Assembly (NCBI GenBank): GCA_964016885.1
Contig: OZ024742.1
Location: 86,924,001 to 86,988,000, forward strand
Length of the DNA: 64,000 nt
Direction: 5' to 3'
Source: Eledone cirrhosa
Taxonomy: Eukaryota
Position 1 is the stretch's first letter. Every line of letters starts with the position of its first letter. The position numbers and the translations under genes were made by a program. The notes beneath the pieces were generated by a model. The model did not search any database and had not been told where the DNA came from. It saw only the letters and a list, made by a program, of their open reading frames with translations. Below, one piece after another: positions 27,132 to 43,025 of the stretch.

Positions 27132-27874
27132 GTAAGTACGTATGTATGTATACGTACATATATATGTATAGAGACGTTTCATTCAAATTCTTATTTTAAA
27201 TGCCGAATCATACTCTGAATTTGTGTTCATAAGAATGTTTACAATTCTATAAGCAGAATCATATGTATTTGTTTGTGTATGAGTAATATATGTGTTTTGC
27301 CGACATCCATGCTGTCAGAGTTGGCATGTTGAATCCGCTCTGGAATCATATGGGATTAGAAGTCACTTAATGGAAAATCATGTTTCTCTCGACAGCTCCC
27401 CATCACCCGTTTTATCAGTGAATTTCCATTATATAGTCCTGCAAGTTATGAATTATTCTCACTCACACTAACAAATTAGAATATTCTAAACTCTAGTGAC
27501 TTCAACTCATCTGGCTGTTCCTTACTAATAATCTATTTCTTGTAAATATAGAATTCATCTTCAACATATTTCTATAATGTCATTTTCGCTGTTTATATTC
27601 AATATTTCAGTATGTGTTATAATCTAACTAATTGTAAAATTTAACGTATTCACAAAATTACATTATTTTAATACAATTAAGATAATGCGGGATTGGAAAT
27701 GTTTGTAATTTTTGGATTGAAATTAGAGACACAAAACACATTTGATAAATTGAAGACTATATCAGAAACTATTTTCTGTTATGTTCGATGAGAACCTATT
27801 AGGTGAAGATCAAGGAAACATTCGAATAAAGATCTCCATTAACCAATGGTAATGTTGCATAGACATCAAACATT

Positions 27875-27940
<66 letters not shown>

Positions 27941-27948
<8 letters not shown>

Positions 27949-28340
27949 ACTTTGGGAGTGTCATGTTGCCAATAAGAAACACACGCACAATTTGAAACAT
28001 TCAATTTATTATAATAAATTTATAAATTTATGAATTTATAAATTTCTGGTTGGTTGGTTGGTTCAAAAACAAAGAAAAGAATCCCCAGTAACTGAAGAGG
28101 TCACAAAATGTGTGACGAAAGAACTTTGACAATATATACACAACTATTTGGTTGTGGAACCAACCAACCAACCAGAAATTTATAAATTCCTGAATTTATA
28201 AATATATTATAATAAATTGAAGTGAAAGCAGTGGTCCGTGTGTTTCTTATTGGCAACATGACCCTCCCAAAGTATAACAATATCGGTTTCAACACACGAT
28301 TTCAGATAAGGAATCTTGCTAAACAAATTCAGAAACGAAA
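27941..28340 (+). repeat. PLE pLTR fragment with inverted terminus; shorter copy at 36423-36585
   Basis: TTGTT.TACTTTGGGAG.GTCATGTTGCCAATAAGAAACACAC and its reverse complement, followed by TATCGGTTTCAACAC...TCTTGCTAAACAAATTCAGAAA. Confidence 0.8.
28088..28130 (+). ncRNA. Minimal type I hammerhead, slightly decayed
   Basis: GTAA-CTGAAGA-G-GTCACA(aaatg)TGTGAC-GAA-AGAACT-T-TGAC. Confidence 0.7.
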
Positions 28341-28380
28341 TATATATATATATATATATATATATACGTTTTAATATAGA

Positions 28381-28435
28381 TGAGATTCTACAGGGCTAGA
28401 ACTGTTTCATTCTTTAGAAATCATCAGGAATCTCA
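28381..28435 (-). ncRNA. Well-formed type I hammerhead in a ~72-bp insert between two (TA)n runs
   Basis: Minus strand: TGAGATTC-CTGATGA-TTTCT(aa)AGAAT-GAA-ACAG(ttctagcc)CTGT-A-GAATCTCA; 8-bp stem I, GUA site. Confidence 0.85.
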
Positions 28436-28464
28436 AACATATATATATATATATATATATATAA

Positions 28465-29316
28465 AAATTGAATAAAATGAAACGAAATTTCATTTCTCAC
28501 TCTTAGTACGGCACTTACTTAAATGTAAGTATGTATGTATACGTACATACATATATGTATACAGACGTACAATAGTATGTATATATATACATACATGCAC
28601 ACATATATATATATATATATGCACGTATCGGTTTACTGAACATTTATTATAATGCACGATTTGTTTGTTTGTAAACAAACAAACAGCCCGAATTACGCCG
28701 CACAGTGTTTAGGCAACCACGTCACCTTTTTGCTCAACATTGACACAGGAACGATTCACTAGTTTCAAGCTTATTAGCTATCGTCAGCATCGTATAACTT
28801 CCTGCCAGATGGTTGAACGTCTGAAAGTATATACTTTCCTTATGCATATGAACGGCTGAGCAGCCTAATTTGCATATCGAGTGAGTACAGTCGGCCGGGC
28901 ACACCGAAAACGATAAATGGAATAGAATGAAACGAAATTTCGTTTCTCACTCTTAGTACGGCACTTACTTAAATGTAAGTATGTATGTATGTAGACGTAC
29001 ATACAAATATGTATACAGACGTACAGTAGTATGTATATATATACATACATGCACACATATATATATACGCACGTATCGGTTTACTGAACATTTATTATAA
29101 TGCTCGGTTTGTTTGATGTTTACAATAACAAAAACCGACCATTATGATAAATGTTCAGTAAACCGATACGTGCATATATATATGTGTGCATGTATGTATA
29201 TACATACTACTGTACGTCTGTATACATATATGTATGTACATATACATACGTACTTACATTTAAGTAAGTGCCGTACTAAGAGTGAGAAATGAAGTTTCGT
29301 TCATTCTATTCCATTT
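28465..29316 (-). mobile_element. Retrozyme-like family A: ~1.5 tandem units plus an inverted partial copy (29130-29316)
   Basis: Homologous to 14190-15828; HHR at 28752-28792 has CTGACGA but a GUG site (likely inactive). Confidence 0.85.
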
Positions 29317-29332
29317 ATATATATATACATAT

Positions 29333-30306
<974 letters not shown>

Positions 30307-30371
30307 AATGATGTAATTCCGTCGGAAAAGTCCAGGAAAAAAGAGTGCTCTATGTAAGTAACAGAGCTTAA

Positions 30372-30637
30372 TAGTTATGTATTAGACAACATAAGGCAAA
30401 CATTTCATTTACCAGTGGTTTCTTAAAAGCAAACACATTTTGGTTTCATTCATCAAAACGAAAAAATCCTGGTGTATTTATTGGTATTGGATTTTTAAAA
30501 CAAAAATATTTCTGTTTTTAAAATCCAATACCAATAAATACACCAGGATTTTTTCATTCTGATGATTGAAAGCAACATTTGTTTGCTTTTAAGAAACCAC
30601 TGGTAAATGAAATACTTGCCTTATGTTGTTTATTACA

Positions 30638-30643
<6 letters not shown>
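30372..30643. repeat. Inverted pLTR pair (~130-bp arms)
   Basis: AAATCCTGGTGTATTTATTGGTATTGGATTTT and its reverse complement; centre ~30507. Confidence 0.88.
30552..30612 (+). ncRNA. Type I hammerhead ribozyme (decayed inverted copy at ~30402-30462)
   Basis: TTTCATT-CTGATGA-TTGAAAGCAA(loop)TTGCTTTTAA-GAA-ACCACTGGT-A-AATGAAA. Confidence 0.85.
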
Positions 30644-30678
<35 letters not shown>

Positions 30679-33600
30679 AATGTTTGATGACTATGCAACA
30701 TTACCATTGGTTAATGGAGATCTTTATTCGAATGTTTCCTTGATCTTCACCTAATAGGTTCTCATCGAACATAACAGAAAATAGTTTCTGATATAGTCTT
30801 CAATTTATCAAATGTGTTTTGTGTCTCTAATTTCAAGCACAAAATTACAAACATTGCCAATCCCGCATTATCTTAATTGTATTAAAATAATGTAATTTTG
30901 TGACTACGTTAAATTTTACAATTAGTTAGAATATAACGTATACTGATAATTTATTCGAAATATTGAATATGAACAGCGAAATTGACATTGTAGAAATATG
31001 TTGAAGATGAATTCTATATTTACAAGAAATAGATTATTAGTAAGGAACAGGCAGATGAGTTGAAGTCACTTGATTTTAGAATATTCTAATTTGTTAGTGT
31101 GAGTGAGAATAATTCATAACTTGCAGGACTATATAATGGGAATTCACTGATAAAACGGGTGATGGGGAGCTGTTGAGAGAAACATGATTTTCCATTAAGT
31201 GACTTCTAATTCCATATGATTTAAGAGCGGATTCAACATGCCAACTCTGACAGCATGGATGTCGGTAAAACACAGATATTACTCATACACAAACAAATAC
31301 ATATGATTCTGCTTGTAGAATTGTGTTGTGGTAGTACATAATAAACATTCTTATGAACACAAATTCAGATTATGATTCGGCATTTTAAACAAGAATTTGA
31401 AATTAAGCCTGGATGCCTAATGCAATTGAATTAACTAAGTTATGTGTTTTCACAATATATTGATATGTTTTTACGATAGCAATACTTCAGAGCTTCATAT
31501 TTCTCTAGCGTTTATCCATTGTTGCTGGGTGCAGACCAGTCAATCCATTTTGAGCTGCATAATAGATGAACATTTGGAAATTGCTTTTTCGTGTGGACAC
31601 CCTTTCAAATGTATTTACATATTGCTTTACTGGTTGCCATGAAAATGGGTCAAACATGAAAGACCGGAAGTGGTTGAAAGAGCTGTTTACTATTGAATGT
31701 ATTATAGCATTTAGATATTCAGTTAATATAGGTTTGTTCACGCGAATAGAAATTCACAGTAAACTTCATTTTCAAGTCTCAGATTATAATATCATACTGA
31801 TTGATTTGCGAATATTAAAAGATATGTCTGCGTGTATGAGAAATTATATATTTGCGTCAAATTCCAAAATATACGTCAATGCAATAAACGAGAGATAATG
31901 TATTCAATATAATTCATTGCATGAATACAATAAATGAAATGACAGAAAGAAATTGGAAGCAACTTTAATACATTAAAAATATTGAATCGTTGAAATGGTT
32001 GGTCTTACCTGAAAGACAATTAAATCAAATCATAGACAATCTATTAAAGATAGAATATGCGTCTTGTCTGAAACATGCAAAGGTTGTAGGAAGTTCTGCC
32101 TGAGGGAAATGCTGAACTTGTAGAATTCACCCTAAAATAAAAATGAACGTCAGTAGTTCTATCATTCTTATGTTGATCGGATATTGCCTATTATACCCGC
32201 AATGCTTAGATTATATTTATACATACTTAAAGTATAAATGTAGCAGGATGCATTTCACTGCTTTACAGAATGGTCTCTGGACAAGTGATAATTACTGTAC
32301 CTGGAATTCGCAAAAGGCAGATATAGTTATACCATACTCGGCTCCCGTTTTTCGTGAACTATCGTGTTTTTACTGGAATTTTCTCTCACCTTACATATCT
32401 GACACAGAATAGGGCTTGTCTTCCAGACATACCTGGACAATATCTCGGAAGAATACTTATAGTGTCAGTGCACAATTTTCATTACTTTTCCATGAAAGTG
32501 CTTTTAACATCCACTGCAAAACTTAAGTATTCAATGATTTTTCTCGGTGTAATTTTAAATAATTATACTGAATTCCATGAGGTATTATAAACTATTAATT
32601 GTAAGCAATTTACTTTAGAATATATAATCACCCTCAGCATTTTAAACGTAAGAAATTTTCTTCACTTCGTTTGCCTCATTTACCTCATTGTTATCATATA
32701 AATTTAACATTCATTCACATACCTAAAGCCATGTTACATATTCTACCAACAGAAAAATATTATTGACAAAAACATGAATAAATGATTTGGAATCAAAGTA
32801 CGGTTTGTGTGCGGAAAATTCATCGTCTGCACCTCGCTATATTTCCTAAAACTCTATTGTTTCTAAGATTTCTACAGAAAGAAATAACTAAACGTTGCAT
32901 ATCTGGAGTTGTGATGTAAGTGAACGAATCTTAAGTCTTTGCAGAAATATTACAAATAGAAATCTAACAATATCGTCTGCATTATCCTCAGTATGAATAG
33001 AACCAAAAACACAATAAAAAATTAAAAAAATGTTTATCATATTAAGGGACATTGACTATATTTAATATAACAAAACACGATGGGAAAATTATAAACGTGG
33101 TGGTGCCGAGGCCTCTTTTATTAAATGAATACTGTAGAGGAATCTATACCGATTTATCGACTGAACGCTTTCTTTCAGAATATTACTATATTCTCCTGAC
33201 ATAAGCAATGCTGTTTTATCAATTTTCTCTGAAACGATTTCGAACTGAATTCCTAATATCGATGGACACCAGAACATGTTTTTCCCTGTAAAAATACATC
33301 AACATTGAAATTAAGCATTTCCGTCATTTGCAATGGCGCATTGCAGAATCTGGGAGTGTAATGTTTCTATTGATTGTTTCTTTTCTGTTTTACCTCATCA
33401 CTCTTAGAAATAATATAGATTTTATTTCCAATTCAATAAAATGGCACCGCTATCGGTTCCAAAATAAAACCACGCACAATCAAATATATGATTAATGTAT
33501 GAACAGAAGAGGACAAGAATATTTGTATTTATTGACAGACGTAAGGTAAAGATGTAGAAACAAGTGCTATTGTTCAAAAGCTTTATTATAATCCTAGAAC

Positions 33601-34384
33601 AGAATGAAAATAGTTTGCAATAAAGTGATGTCAATTGGAAAGTTTCAAACTCGTAAAAGAAAAAAAGAAACATGCTTCAAAATATCAATCACCTTAACGA
33701 ATATATTACTTGACGTTTCAATCTGAAAATAATTATTGCTCTATAAGGGTGAAGTTTCAATTCAGGATTTAATATTTGTTTTCCTTGAATAAATGTTTCC
33801 ACATTCCAAATAACCTATAATTGAGAATTTACAGCCTCAGGGAAATATGAACGGCATAAGCATTCACGTAATATCAACCAAATTTTCATCGATGCAGTTT
33901 GATTGCGCCAGGTTTATTTCTGCTGTTACTGTGTAAACATAGCCGCTCCACCTGCAGTCTGATTCACGAAAAGAGGTGTACTATTAGCAGTGCAAGATAC
34001 AATGCTGTGCTGCTCAAAAAATGGAATCCAGTAATTCGCACCAAACGCCGAAGGCTATTGTCGTAGAACGTATTTTTGTTGCATGACAATGCTTACGCAT
34101 ACGGCAGGCCAGACCGTTGTAACCATTAACTGATTGGCATTTGAGTTGCTGAAACCTAGCCTAGAACCCGGATCTAGGGACTTCCCACTATCATCTCTTT
34201 CGACCGATCAAAGTTGCTTTACAAGATCGTCAGTGTAGGAATCAGTGGTTCCGAGACAAACATAAACGTTATTTTTAGAGGGAATACACAAGCACTTGTA
34301 ATAGTGAACCAAGTGCATCGGAAAGAAATTAGACTATGTAGAAAAATGACATATTTGTTTAACAACTGATCTTGTATAAATAAA

Positions 34385-34620
34385 TAAAAAAAAAACAAGA
34401 GCAGGAATAATTGTTTACTTTCTCTCATATATATATATATACACGAGAGAAAGTAAACAATTATTCCTGGTCTTGTTTTTTTTTAATATATCCGTCGAAA
34501 CGGCTTGAGCTCTGCCCTCGGGGTCATACCTTTTCCTATTTCCCACTCTACTACCTAAGTATTGAGTACTCTGGTGCGTTATACTCCATCTGGTCTCTTA
34601 CCACAATTCCTTTGTTGTAT
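34385..34620. repeat. Short inverted repeat around (TA)n plus a dispersed repeat also present inverted at 54975-55160
   Basis: AAAACAAGA.CAGGAATAATTGTTTACTTTCTCTC inverted; TTTTCCTATT..CCACTCTACTACC..AGTATTGAGTACTCTGGT shared with 55020-55065. Confidence 0.7.
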
Positions 34621-34624
34621 ATAT

Positions 34625-34717
<93 letters not shown>

Positions 34718-36189
34718 AAGAAAGAGAGAAGAGAGAGAGAAAGAGAAGGAGAGGGGGAAAAAGAGAGAATAAGAAAATGCCAAGTAGTTCCAGATGTTAA
34801 AGTACTTTATTGATAGGAATGTGATATATACTTCAATGGTTACAGCAGTCACGCGATTCCGTCTAAACAGTGCCGTGATCCTACCAGACAGTTTCTTACA
34901 TAACGAATTTACGCTGTCGAGGCAATGAAAATTAAAAAGGAGAAGGTAAGGGGCAAAGATGATGTTCTTGAAGCCTTCGCCCGTTTCCCTTATATATATT
35001 ACCTTTGGGAATGAACTAAAGAATACCTGTTCTTTGCGATTCCTAGGCCAATGACTTATAGCCTTTCACCGATTGCAACACCTTCCCCAACCACCAGCAT
35101 GCATAGAAATACAACCGTTTTACAAGGACAGTTGGCTCACCGTATGATTTCATTTGAATGGAACATTTCTAGTCTTGTACTAAACATTTCAATATTAAAG
35201 ATGATGTTTACATGTTTACTATAAATGTATACACAAAGAACCAGAACAAATTTCATATCTTTCCCATGAATCGAATCGTCCTATATTGTTATTTTTTTGA
35301 CTTCATATTATTTGCTTCCGTATGGAGTCGCATTTATAGAGTGTATATATACATTCAGATCAGACTACCAACCAGCTACGATGAAAATATAATCGCAGAT
35401 ATGTCTCTTGCATTATGTTCATACCATTACACTAATTAAGTGCGTCCACACGCAAACTGTATAAGTGTGACCACACACAAATTGAATATAACTGAAATTA
35501 ATTTGATTGATTCGAAAACAGAATATACTGAAAGAACGGCATTACTTAGCCATTAACATTTTATATAGACACAATTCTATGAATGCTGGTATAGGCAGCC
35601 TCTCGAGAAGTGTTAGCAATATCTAAAAGATCAAAGTCTTTTTTTTTAATCTGAAAATGCTACGGAATATAGTGATAGAAAAATAATAATTTAAAATTAA
35701 AAAAATATGCTCATTATAATTGTGGGCTATATAATATACGTGGATGCCAAAGTTCAAATTTCATAATACTTATTTCAAATGAATGAACAGAATTGACACT
35801 GAATATTCCAGTAAAATATAGATCAGTGCTCAGAATATAAATACTTCCTATAATTGTCCTTTATATCATCCTGATAATATTATTGCAAAACAAATAAGTT
35901 CTGTCTGTCTTCAATTAGTGCTTCCTGAGGTTATAGCTATGTGGCTCGTTAACATTAGTTGTCAATGCCTTTTATGTGATATACTTTGAAATTGAGAAAT
36001 ATAACAAGCATCGTAATATATATAAAATGTATCCATATTGATTAATAGTAAAACAACTTTGACCTTATTTATTTTCAAATTAGAATGGCAGGACGAAGAA
36101 TATTAATTTCGTTTTTAACAAATATCCTGAAAAATCAAACATAATTTATTAGTGACATGTGCAGATATTTAGGTTAAACTTATACATAC

Positions 36190-37072
<883 letters not shown>

Positions 37073-37369
37073 ATACATTAACAGAGAAAGCCTAAGCTAT
37101 ACTCTGACTGGCTACCATCTAACTAAACAAACATTAGGATATATGTTAGTATAATCCCAATTTTATGTTTGGGGTGCTAACTATATGTATTTTGAGGAAA
37201 GCCAGTTGTATTATTTTATATGAGATATAATTAAAATTAAAATATATCTCCCTTTCCAAACAATTGTTTCATTATAAGTTTTCTACAAGTTGGGAGAATC
37301 TGTCCGGGTTATGTAGAAGCCTGCACATTTTTCTGTAAGAACATATGCAGTTGGGCAGTTATATCCGAG

Positions 37370-37904
37370 AAGATGATAACTGAAATGACACATTATCATT
37401 GTAACAATTGAAATATATTGACAAATACTATTTATTGTTAATTTGTTCATTATTTGCTTCCTGTTCCAGATATGTGTTTTTCCAGAAGCCTATATCGATT
37501 TTTTTTAAAATAGGAATATTAATATTACGATTATATATAAAGACAATTCGTTAATTGATTAATCTTAAAAGCACTACGGCACTATTCATTGCAGTCTAAG
37601 CTTTATATATAAATGTGTTTCATTTATATTTCCAGTTCATATGTATTCACTAATCATCGTTTTCCATACTTAATATGTAAGCACGTAAACTTCTCAGTAA
37701 ATACCATTTTCCTTTTCAATCGTAAACAAATTTAGAAAACCTTAAATCAGTTTACCCTACTACATATATATGTGTGTGTGTGTGTGTGTGTGATTCAACG
37801 TGAGGTTTAATATGAAGCAGATAATGACCAAATTATCAATAAATCGTATTTGCCAATATATTTCAATTGTTACGATGATAATGTGTCATTTCAACTATCA
37901 GCTC

Positions 37905-37905
<1 letters not shown>
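37370..37905. repeat. Old inverted repeat (~95-bp arms)
   Basis: TGAAATGACACATTATCAT.GTAACAATTGAAATATATTG.CAAATAC (37381) is inverted at ~37845-37893. Confidence 0.75.
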
Positions 37906-37989
<84 letters not shown>

Positions 37990-37994
<5 letters not shown>

Positions 37995-39006
37995 AGGGTT
38001 GATGGACCAGCATATTTATCAATACCAGTACCGGTTGTATCTTAGCGCACTCAATGGGCAATGTAAGATACATTACCAAAGTATACACATAGTTATTTGC
38101 CTCAACACAACACGTAAAACGAGTGCCTATAATGTTCCCTGACTCGAGTTTCTGCCGCACTAATGCACCAGTAAGGTACACTGCACCATATGTCTGCATA
38201 TATTATGCAACAGTGCACAATCGGCTTATGCAGCTTCATCAGCCGGTATCGCCTAATCAATCACCAATCGATCGACAGAATCCAAACACCGGCCCATGCC
38301 GGTCAGGACTGTTTGTGACAACCGACACGGTAAAGCGATTAGCAACTGCCAACCGATAGGACTATATCTCCCAAATAGCCACTGATTTACAAATTTTACG
38401 TTGGGACGGGAAATTAAAAAGAAGCAATATTTTAGTTCCTGTCAGAAGCCCTCAGCCCACGTGTCTCACACACACATTATCAAGGGGTGAACAGATGGCT
38501 ATTAGAAATAGCAGTTCACATTGATATAAAATAGAATGGTAGCATTCGGTTCATGTCTCCAAGCGCCATGGCTAGAGGAAAGCGATGGTAAAAGTGGTAG
38601 TGCCAAGAACCTTTAACCGACTTTAAATGCGATCATCCATTATATAACAATATAGTAGCGAGCTGAAATGTGTCAGCCACGTGCTTAGATAACCAGTATA
38701 ATTCACAACTTAAAAGAGTGAGAGACAAAATTGGTAGCAGGAAAAAGTGTGCATATCAAAACAAAAACACAATAAAAAGTGAAAAATTGTTTAACTTACT
38801 CTCAATATTCCGGTAGTTGGGAGATAATAATAATAAGGTTTTACGGACCCAGCATATTTATCAATTCAAGTACCGGTTGTATCTCAGCGTACTCAATGGG
38901 CAATGTAAGATACATTGGCAGAGTATACACATAGCTGTTTGCCTCAAAACAACACACGTAAAACGGGTGCCTAACAGGTTCCCGGACACGAGTTTCTGCC
39001 GCACAC
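37990..39006 (-). mobile_element. ~840-nt non-coding unit with a ~170-bp direct terminal repeat (pLTR/retrozyme-like), flanked by (TA)n
   Basis: 37991-38160 is repeated at 38832-39004 with moderate divergence. Confidence 0.8.
38135..38249 (-). ncRNA. Type I hammerhead with extended stem II
   Basis: Minus strand: CTGATGA-AGCTGCA...TGCGGCA-GAA-ACTCGAGT-C; palindromic stem III, GUC site; stem I decayed. Confidence 0.7.
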
Positions 39007-39081
<75 letters not shown>

Positions 39082-39149
39082 TGAGTATTGAAGGTTGCTT
39101 GAAGCATTTTGGAATAATACACTTTTTCTGGGGGGGGGGGGGGAGGTCG

Positions 39150-39403
39150 ATTTGGAAGCCTCAACTATGCCGATGGGTAAATCTCCGGGTACCAGAATCC
39201 GGTGGTGAAGAGAGAGATGTAAGTGAATGTAGAATGAGATGTATAGTGTGTAGAGGAACGTAGGAAAGAGCGTAAAAAATAAAAATAATAACACGAGATA
39301 GAGTTACCGTGGGTGAGATTGCTACTTTCCCTTACATCTCTCTCTTCACCACCGGATTCTGTTACCCGGAGATTTACCCATCTGCATTGTTGAAGCTTCC
39401 AAA
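39150..39403. repeat. Inverted repeat (~75-bp arms), MITE- or pLTR-like
   Basis: GATGGGTAAATCTCCGGGTA.CAGAATCCGGTGGTGAAGAGAGAGATGTAAG and its reverse complement at 39331-39382. Confidence 0.85.
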
Positions 39404-40750
39404 ACGACAAAAAAAAAATGATATATACATATATGTAATACACCGTGAGGTTTAATATGTTGATCCTGTTCAAAAAGATGACTTTCCCTATTTCAAGTTA
39501 TATGTTTTCATCCTTTTTACAATACGGAAAGTGAATTGGAGCAAACATTAGGCATGGAAAGAAGAACATACAATCTTTTCATTAATAAATTAATTTAAGT
39601 TCCGTGAAAAATAATTTTCGAATTATTTAACTGGCCGAATTTACACCAGCTCTCTTTGGTGTAGCCTCACATACAGAAAACATGTCCGTTCCCGTCTCGT
39701 TACCCGATAATCTCAGAAATTACTTTATAGATTTTAACTTATTTACATTACCTACCTCTGTCATCAGCCTTTCGACTGAACGGTATTAATAAGGAATTGC
39801 TGCGCACGTTAATCAGTATCTTATTTTCAATATTAATTTGACAACAGTGCTCTCAAGGATGAATAATTTTAGTGAGGACAACATGTTCAAAGTTGAGCTC
39901 TTCTTTAGTTGATTCGTAAAGATATGTTTCGGCTGCATAATTTAACAGTCACTAGTGTTTAGGGATTAAGCTAAAGACCAATCCAAATATATTATTCATC
40001 CGGTGAAACGCTTCATAGACATACTACACTCTGGTATTTTCTTCAGTCCTGTATTTTGATTTGTATGAGAGTAGGGCCTTGTGTTAGAGTGATCAGCTTG
40101 TTCATTATATTAGATTAAAATAAGGTCGAATTTATTTAAATTAATAACATTTACATTGAATAATATATCAATTATTAATCTATCTATCTGATGGAATATT
40201 ATATACTCTTACTCACTGATTCTCCTGCAACATTGTATAATATTTACAAACATACCCTTTTCTCTGAATTTAAAATTTACCCATTCGTAATAAGACCAAC
40301 GTTTAAAATTGACATAAATTGATGGAGTATGTTAGCACGCATTTTATATGTATTTTCTTTCAAATTGCTAAATATTATTCTAGACATTTTGCAACGGCAA
40401 ATGTAAAGTTTCGATCGCGTAAAATACATTTAACATTCCTTATTGTTCCACAGGCACGGATCTTGTTAGAGTGTTGTGAGGACGTTACTCAATGCCGCTA
40501 GAGTAAATGTAAATTATTTTTCAAAAGAATTATGTACTGTAATTAATCTTACTAATTTTCAAAGGAAATGAGAAATAGTTATCTCAAAATGCGTTGACTA
40601 GTGCAATTTATTAACCCGTAAAAATGTATTTCATAAAATATATCTAGGCTGGTTTCACAATGTAATTAATCAATATGGGTTTAGAAAGCACATTTAAGGA
40701 AGTGGAATCTTAAGATTCCAAGCTGATAAGAAGTGGACAGCGTGTCCACC

Positions 40751-40842
<92 letters not shown>

Positions 40843-40880
40843 TGTGTATGTGTGTATATACTTATATGCACACACATATG

Positions 40881-40916
<36 letters not shown>

Positions 40917-41022
40917 CATATATAGATGTGTGTGTGTGTGGTTGATTGGTGAGGAGTATGGGTTTTTGTATGTATGCGTGCTTATGTTTGTCCGTTTGTA
41001 TATGTATGTATATATATATACA

Positions 41023-41093
<71 letters not shown>

Positions 41094-41220
41094 TTTATAA
41101 ATAATTACTTTTTTAATTGTCTGCTATCTAGTTATTTTATTTTGTCATTGATATTATTGTTCTAGTTTAATACCACACTTATATAAAAACCATGCCCTAT
41201 GTATTTTTTTCATTTCACCC

Positions 41221-41328
41221 GCTCCGATGAAATAGACTGGTTATAAACAAAGTATTGGAGAAGGATTGGCGCAAAATCAGGCATATAGTGAACTCTAGAC
41301 CTTCCAGATCAAAGAAACAATTGTCAGT
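41221..41328 (+). ncRNA. Degenerate long-stem-II hammerhead (U4 to C) in a pLTR whose end (41541-41575) recurs inverted at 43032-43067
   Basis: GCT-CCGATGA...CTGG...CCAG...GAA-ACAATTGT-C-AGT. Confidence 0.55.
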
Positions 41329-41806
41329 AATGTGAATAAAGCCCTTATTGTATAGCGAACCATATCAATCTTCTTTCCTGAATCATTATTACTCGAAGTA
41401 TAAACTACGTAGAAATCACCGCGAACTCGCAGCATCACTATGGAAACGATTTGTTGAGTCAAACTAAGCCACACGTTAATACTATCCACTACAAGAACTA
41501 CTACATCTACGTGGACTGCCATAAAGATAACCTGTTACCCGGGTAAGGTCTGTACAATCACGCACATACTCATATATATATATATATATATATATATTGT
41601 TATATTTGGGGAGGGTCATATTTGCGTAATATTGCCAGAATTAATAACAGAACACACTCACTGTTTGGTTGGTTTTCGCTTCTAGCTGTCTTTTATATCT
41701 GCGGTCTAACTTATTCGGTCCTCAATGTTGCCATTGACTGACCGACGGTCAAAAATAATACAGATACAATATAGACACAAACACATATATATAGTTTACA
41801 TAATTT

Positions 41807-41846
41807 ACATAAATCTTTCGTTGCACATCTGCAACATCGTCAGTGG
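41807..41846 (-). ncRNA. Minimal type I hammerhead in the PLE 3' end
   Basis: Minus strand: CCA-CTGACGA-T-GTTGCA(gatg)TGCAAC-GAA-AGATTT-A-TGT. Confidence 0.72.
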
Positions 41847-42124
41847 TGTTATATTCATTGTTCCTCCTGTTGTGTTGCATGTCTACGCCATTTTTTATTC
41901 AGTCTGTCTATATATTTATTTATTTATTTGCTTGTTTGTGTATCTTATTTTATTTTGTCTTCTTTGCTCATGCGTTTGCGTGTGTGTATAGTGTTATGTG
42001 TGATGTGTGACTAGTGTGTATAGTGTTGTGTCTTCTGCGTGACTAATGTGTGTTTATGAGCTTGTTGTTATTGTGCTTGTGTATGTATTCATTTATCTTA
42101 TTTTATTTAATTTTATTTACTTAT

Positions 42125-42952
42125 TTATACTTCTCTTAGGTCAGTGTTGTTTGTTTGGGTGTTGTTGTTGTTCCACTCATTCTTTCTGTTTAGCTTTGGT
42201 CTTCTAATTTCTATTTCACTGGCCTCTCTGATTTGCCTATCTGCTGGGTCATTCCTATGTTTAGATATTATTCTAATTTCTATGTTGTCTATGTTACCGT
42301 CATGTTGTTGTCTAGCATGTTCGTATAGTACTGACCCGTTTTTTCGTCCTTTTAGTTCCCCCCAGTGTTGGTCTATCCTTTCACCTATGCTACGAGCTGT
42401 CTCACCTATGTATGTTGTTGTCATGTTTCTGCAAGTACCCTCTGTACATCTTATGCTATAGACTACGTTTCTAGTTTTACAGTTTATCCGGGGGTTCACC
42501 TTACATATGATACACTTCCTATTGGTACAGTGGGTTTTCTTAAAAGGGTAGGTTTTGCTGATCAGGGATTTTATGGTGGTTCCTGGCTTTTCTACCACCT
42601 TTATTTTTAAGTGGGTCTTTCTCAGGGCCTTTCTACACTGGTTAGCTAATTTCCCTCCAGGGGTGGCGTCCACAAACATGACACTCTGATATCTCTGGTT
42701 GTCGTACCATGATGTGGCCTTCCCTATCTTATGTCTAGCCCTATCTAAGCTATTCCATGATTTGCTCCTGTATAGTGGGCAAATTCCTTTCATGTCCAGT
42801 TCTATGAGGGTCTTATACTTTTCCATGGCTCCTTCGTATACTCTGACTCTGTCTCTTTGGTTGTAGCCAGAGAACTGCATGCGGTTGATGAAGTGTTGGA
42901 TGTGTCCTTCCATTTCTGTTGGGTCGCACATGCTGGACACATTCTTCATCAC
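42125..42952 (-). CDS. PLE C-terminal fragment: RT thumb end, Cys-rich linker and GIY-YIG endonuclease
   Basis: RMQFSGY, FVDATPGGKL, CTNRKCIIC...CKTRNVVYSIRC..C...YIGETARSIGERIDQH, RQIREA, LNRKNEW. Confidence 0.85.
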   Translation of the reverse strand: MMKNVSSMCDPTEMEGHIQHFINRMQFSGYNQRDRVRVYEGAMEKYKTLIELDMKGICPLYRSKSWNSLDRARHKIGKATSWYDNQRYQSVMFVDATPGGKLANQCRKALRKTHLKIKVVEKPGTTIKSLISKTYPFKKTHCTNRKCIICKVNPRINCKTRNVVYSIRCTEGTCRNMTTTYIGETARSIGERIDQHWGELKGRKNGSVLYEHARQQHDGNIDNIEIRIISKHRNDPADRQIREASEIEIRRPKLNRKNEWNNNNTQTNNTDLREV

Positions 42953-42978
42953 TCGTACATAATCTGCGATCAGAATAT

Positions 42979-43025
<47 letters not shown>

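Larger units (their letters stand above)
41597..42975 (-). mobile_element. 5'-truncated PLE: ORF end, 3' UTR and pLTR, between (TA)n runs
   Basis: GIY-YIG ORF plus a downstream HHR and a terminus shared with 6960-7130. Confidence 0.88.

Noticed and set aside
31440-34200. Short ORFs in non-repetitive-looking DNA as a possible host gene
   Set aside because: No recognisable domains or consistent exon chain; small exons cannot be excluded without RNA data
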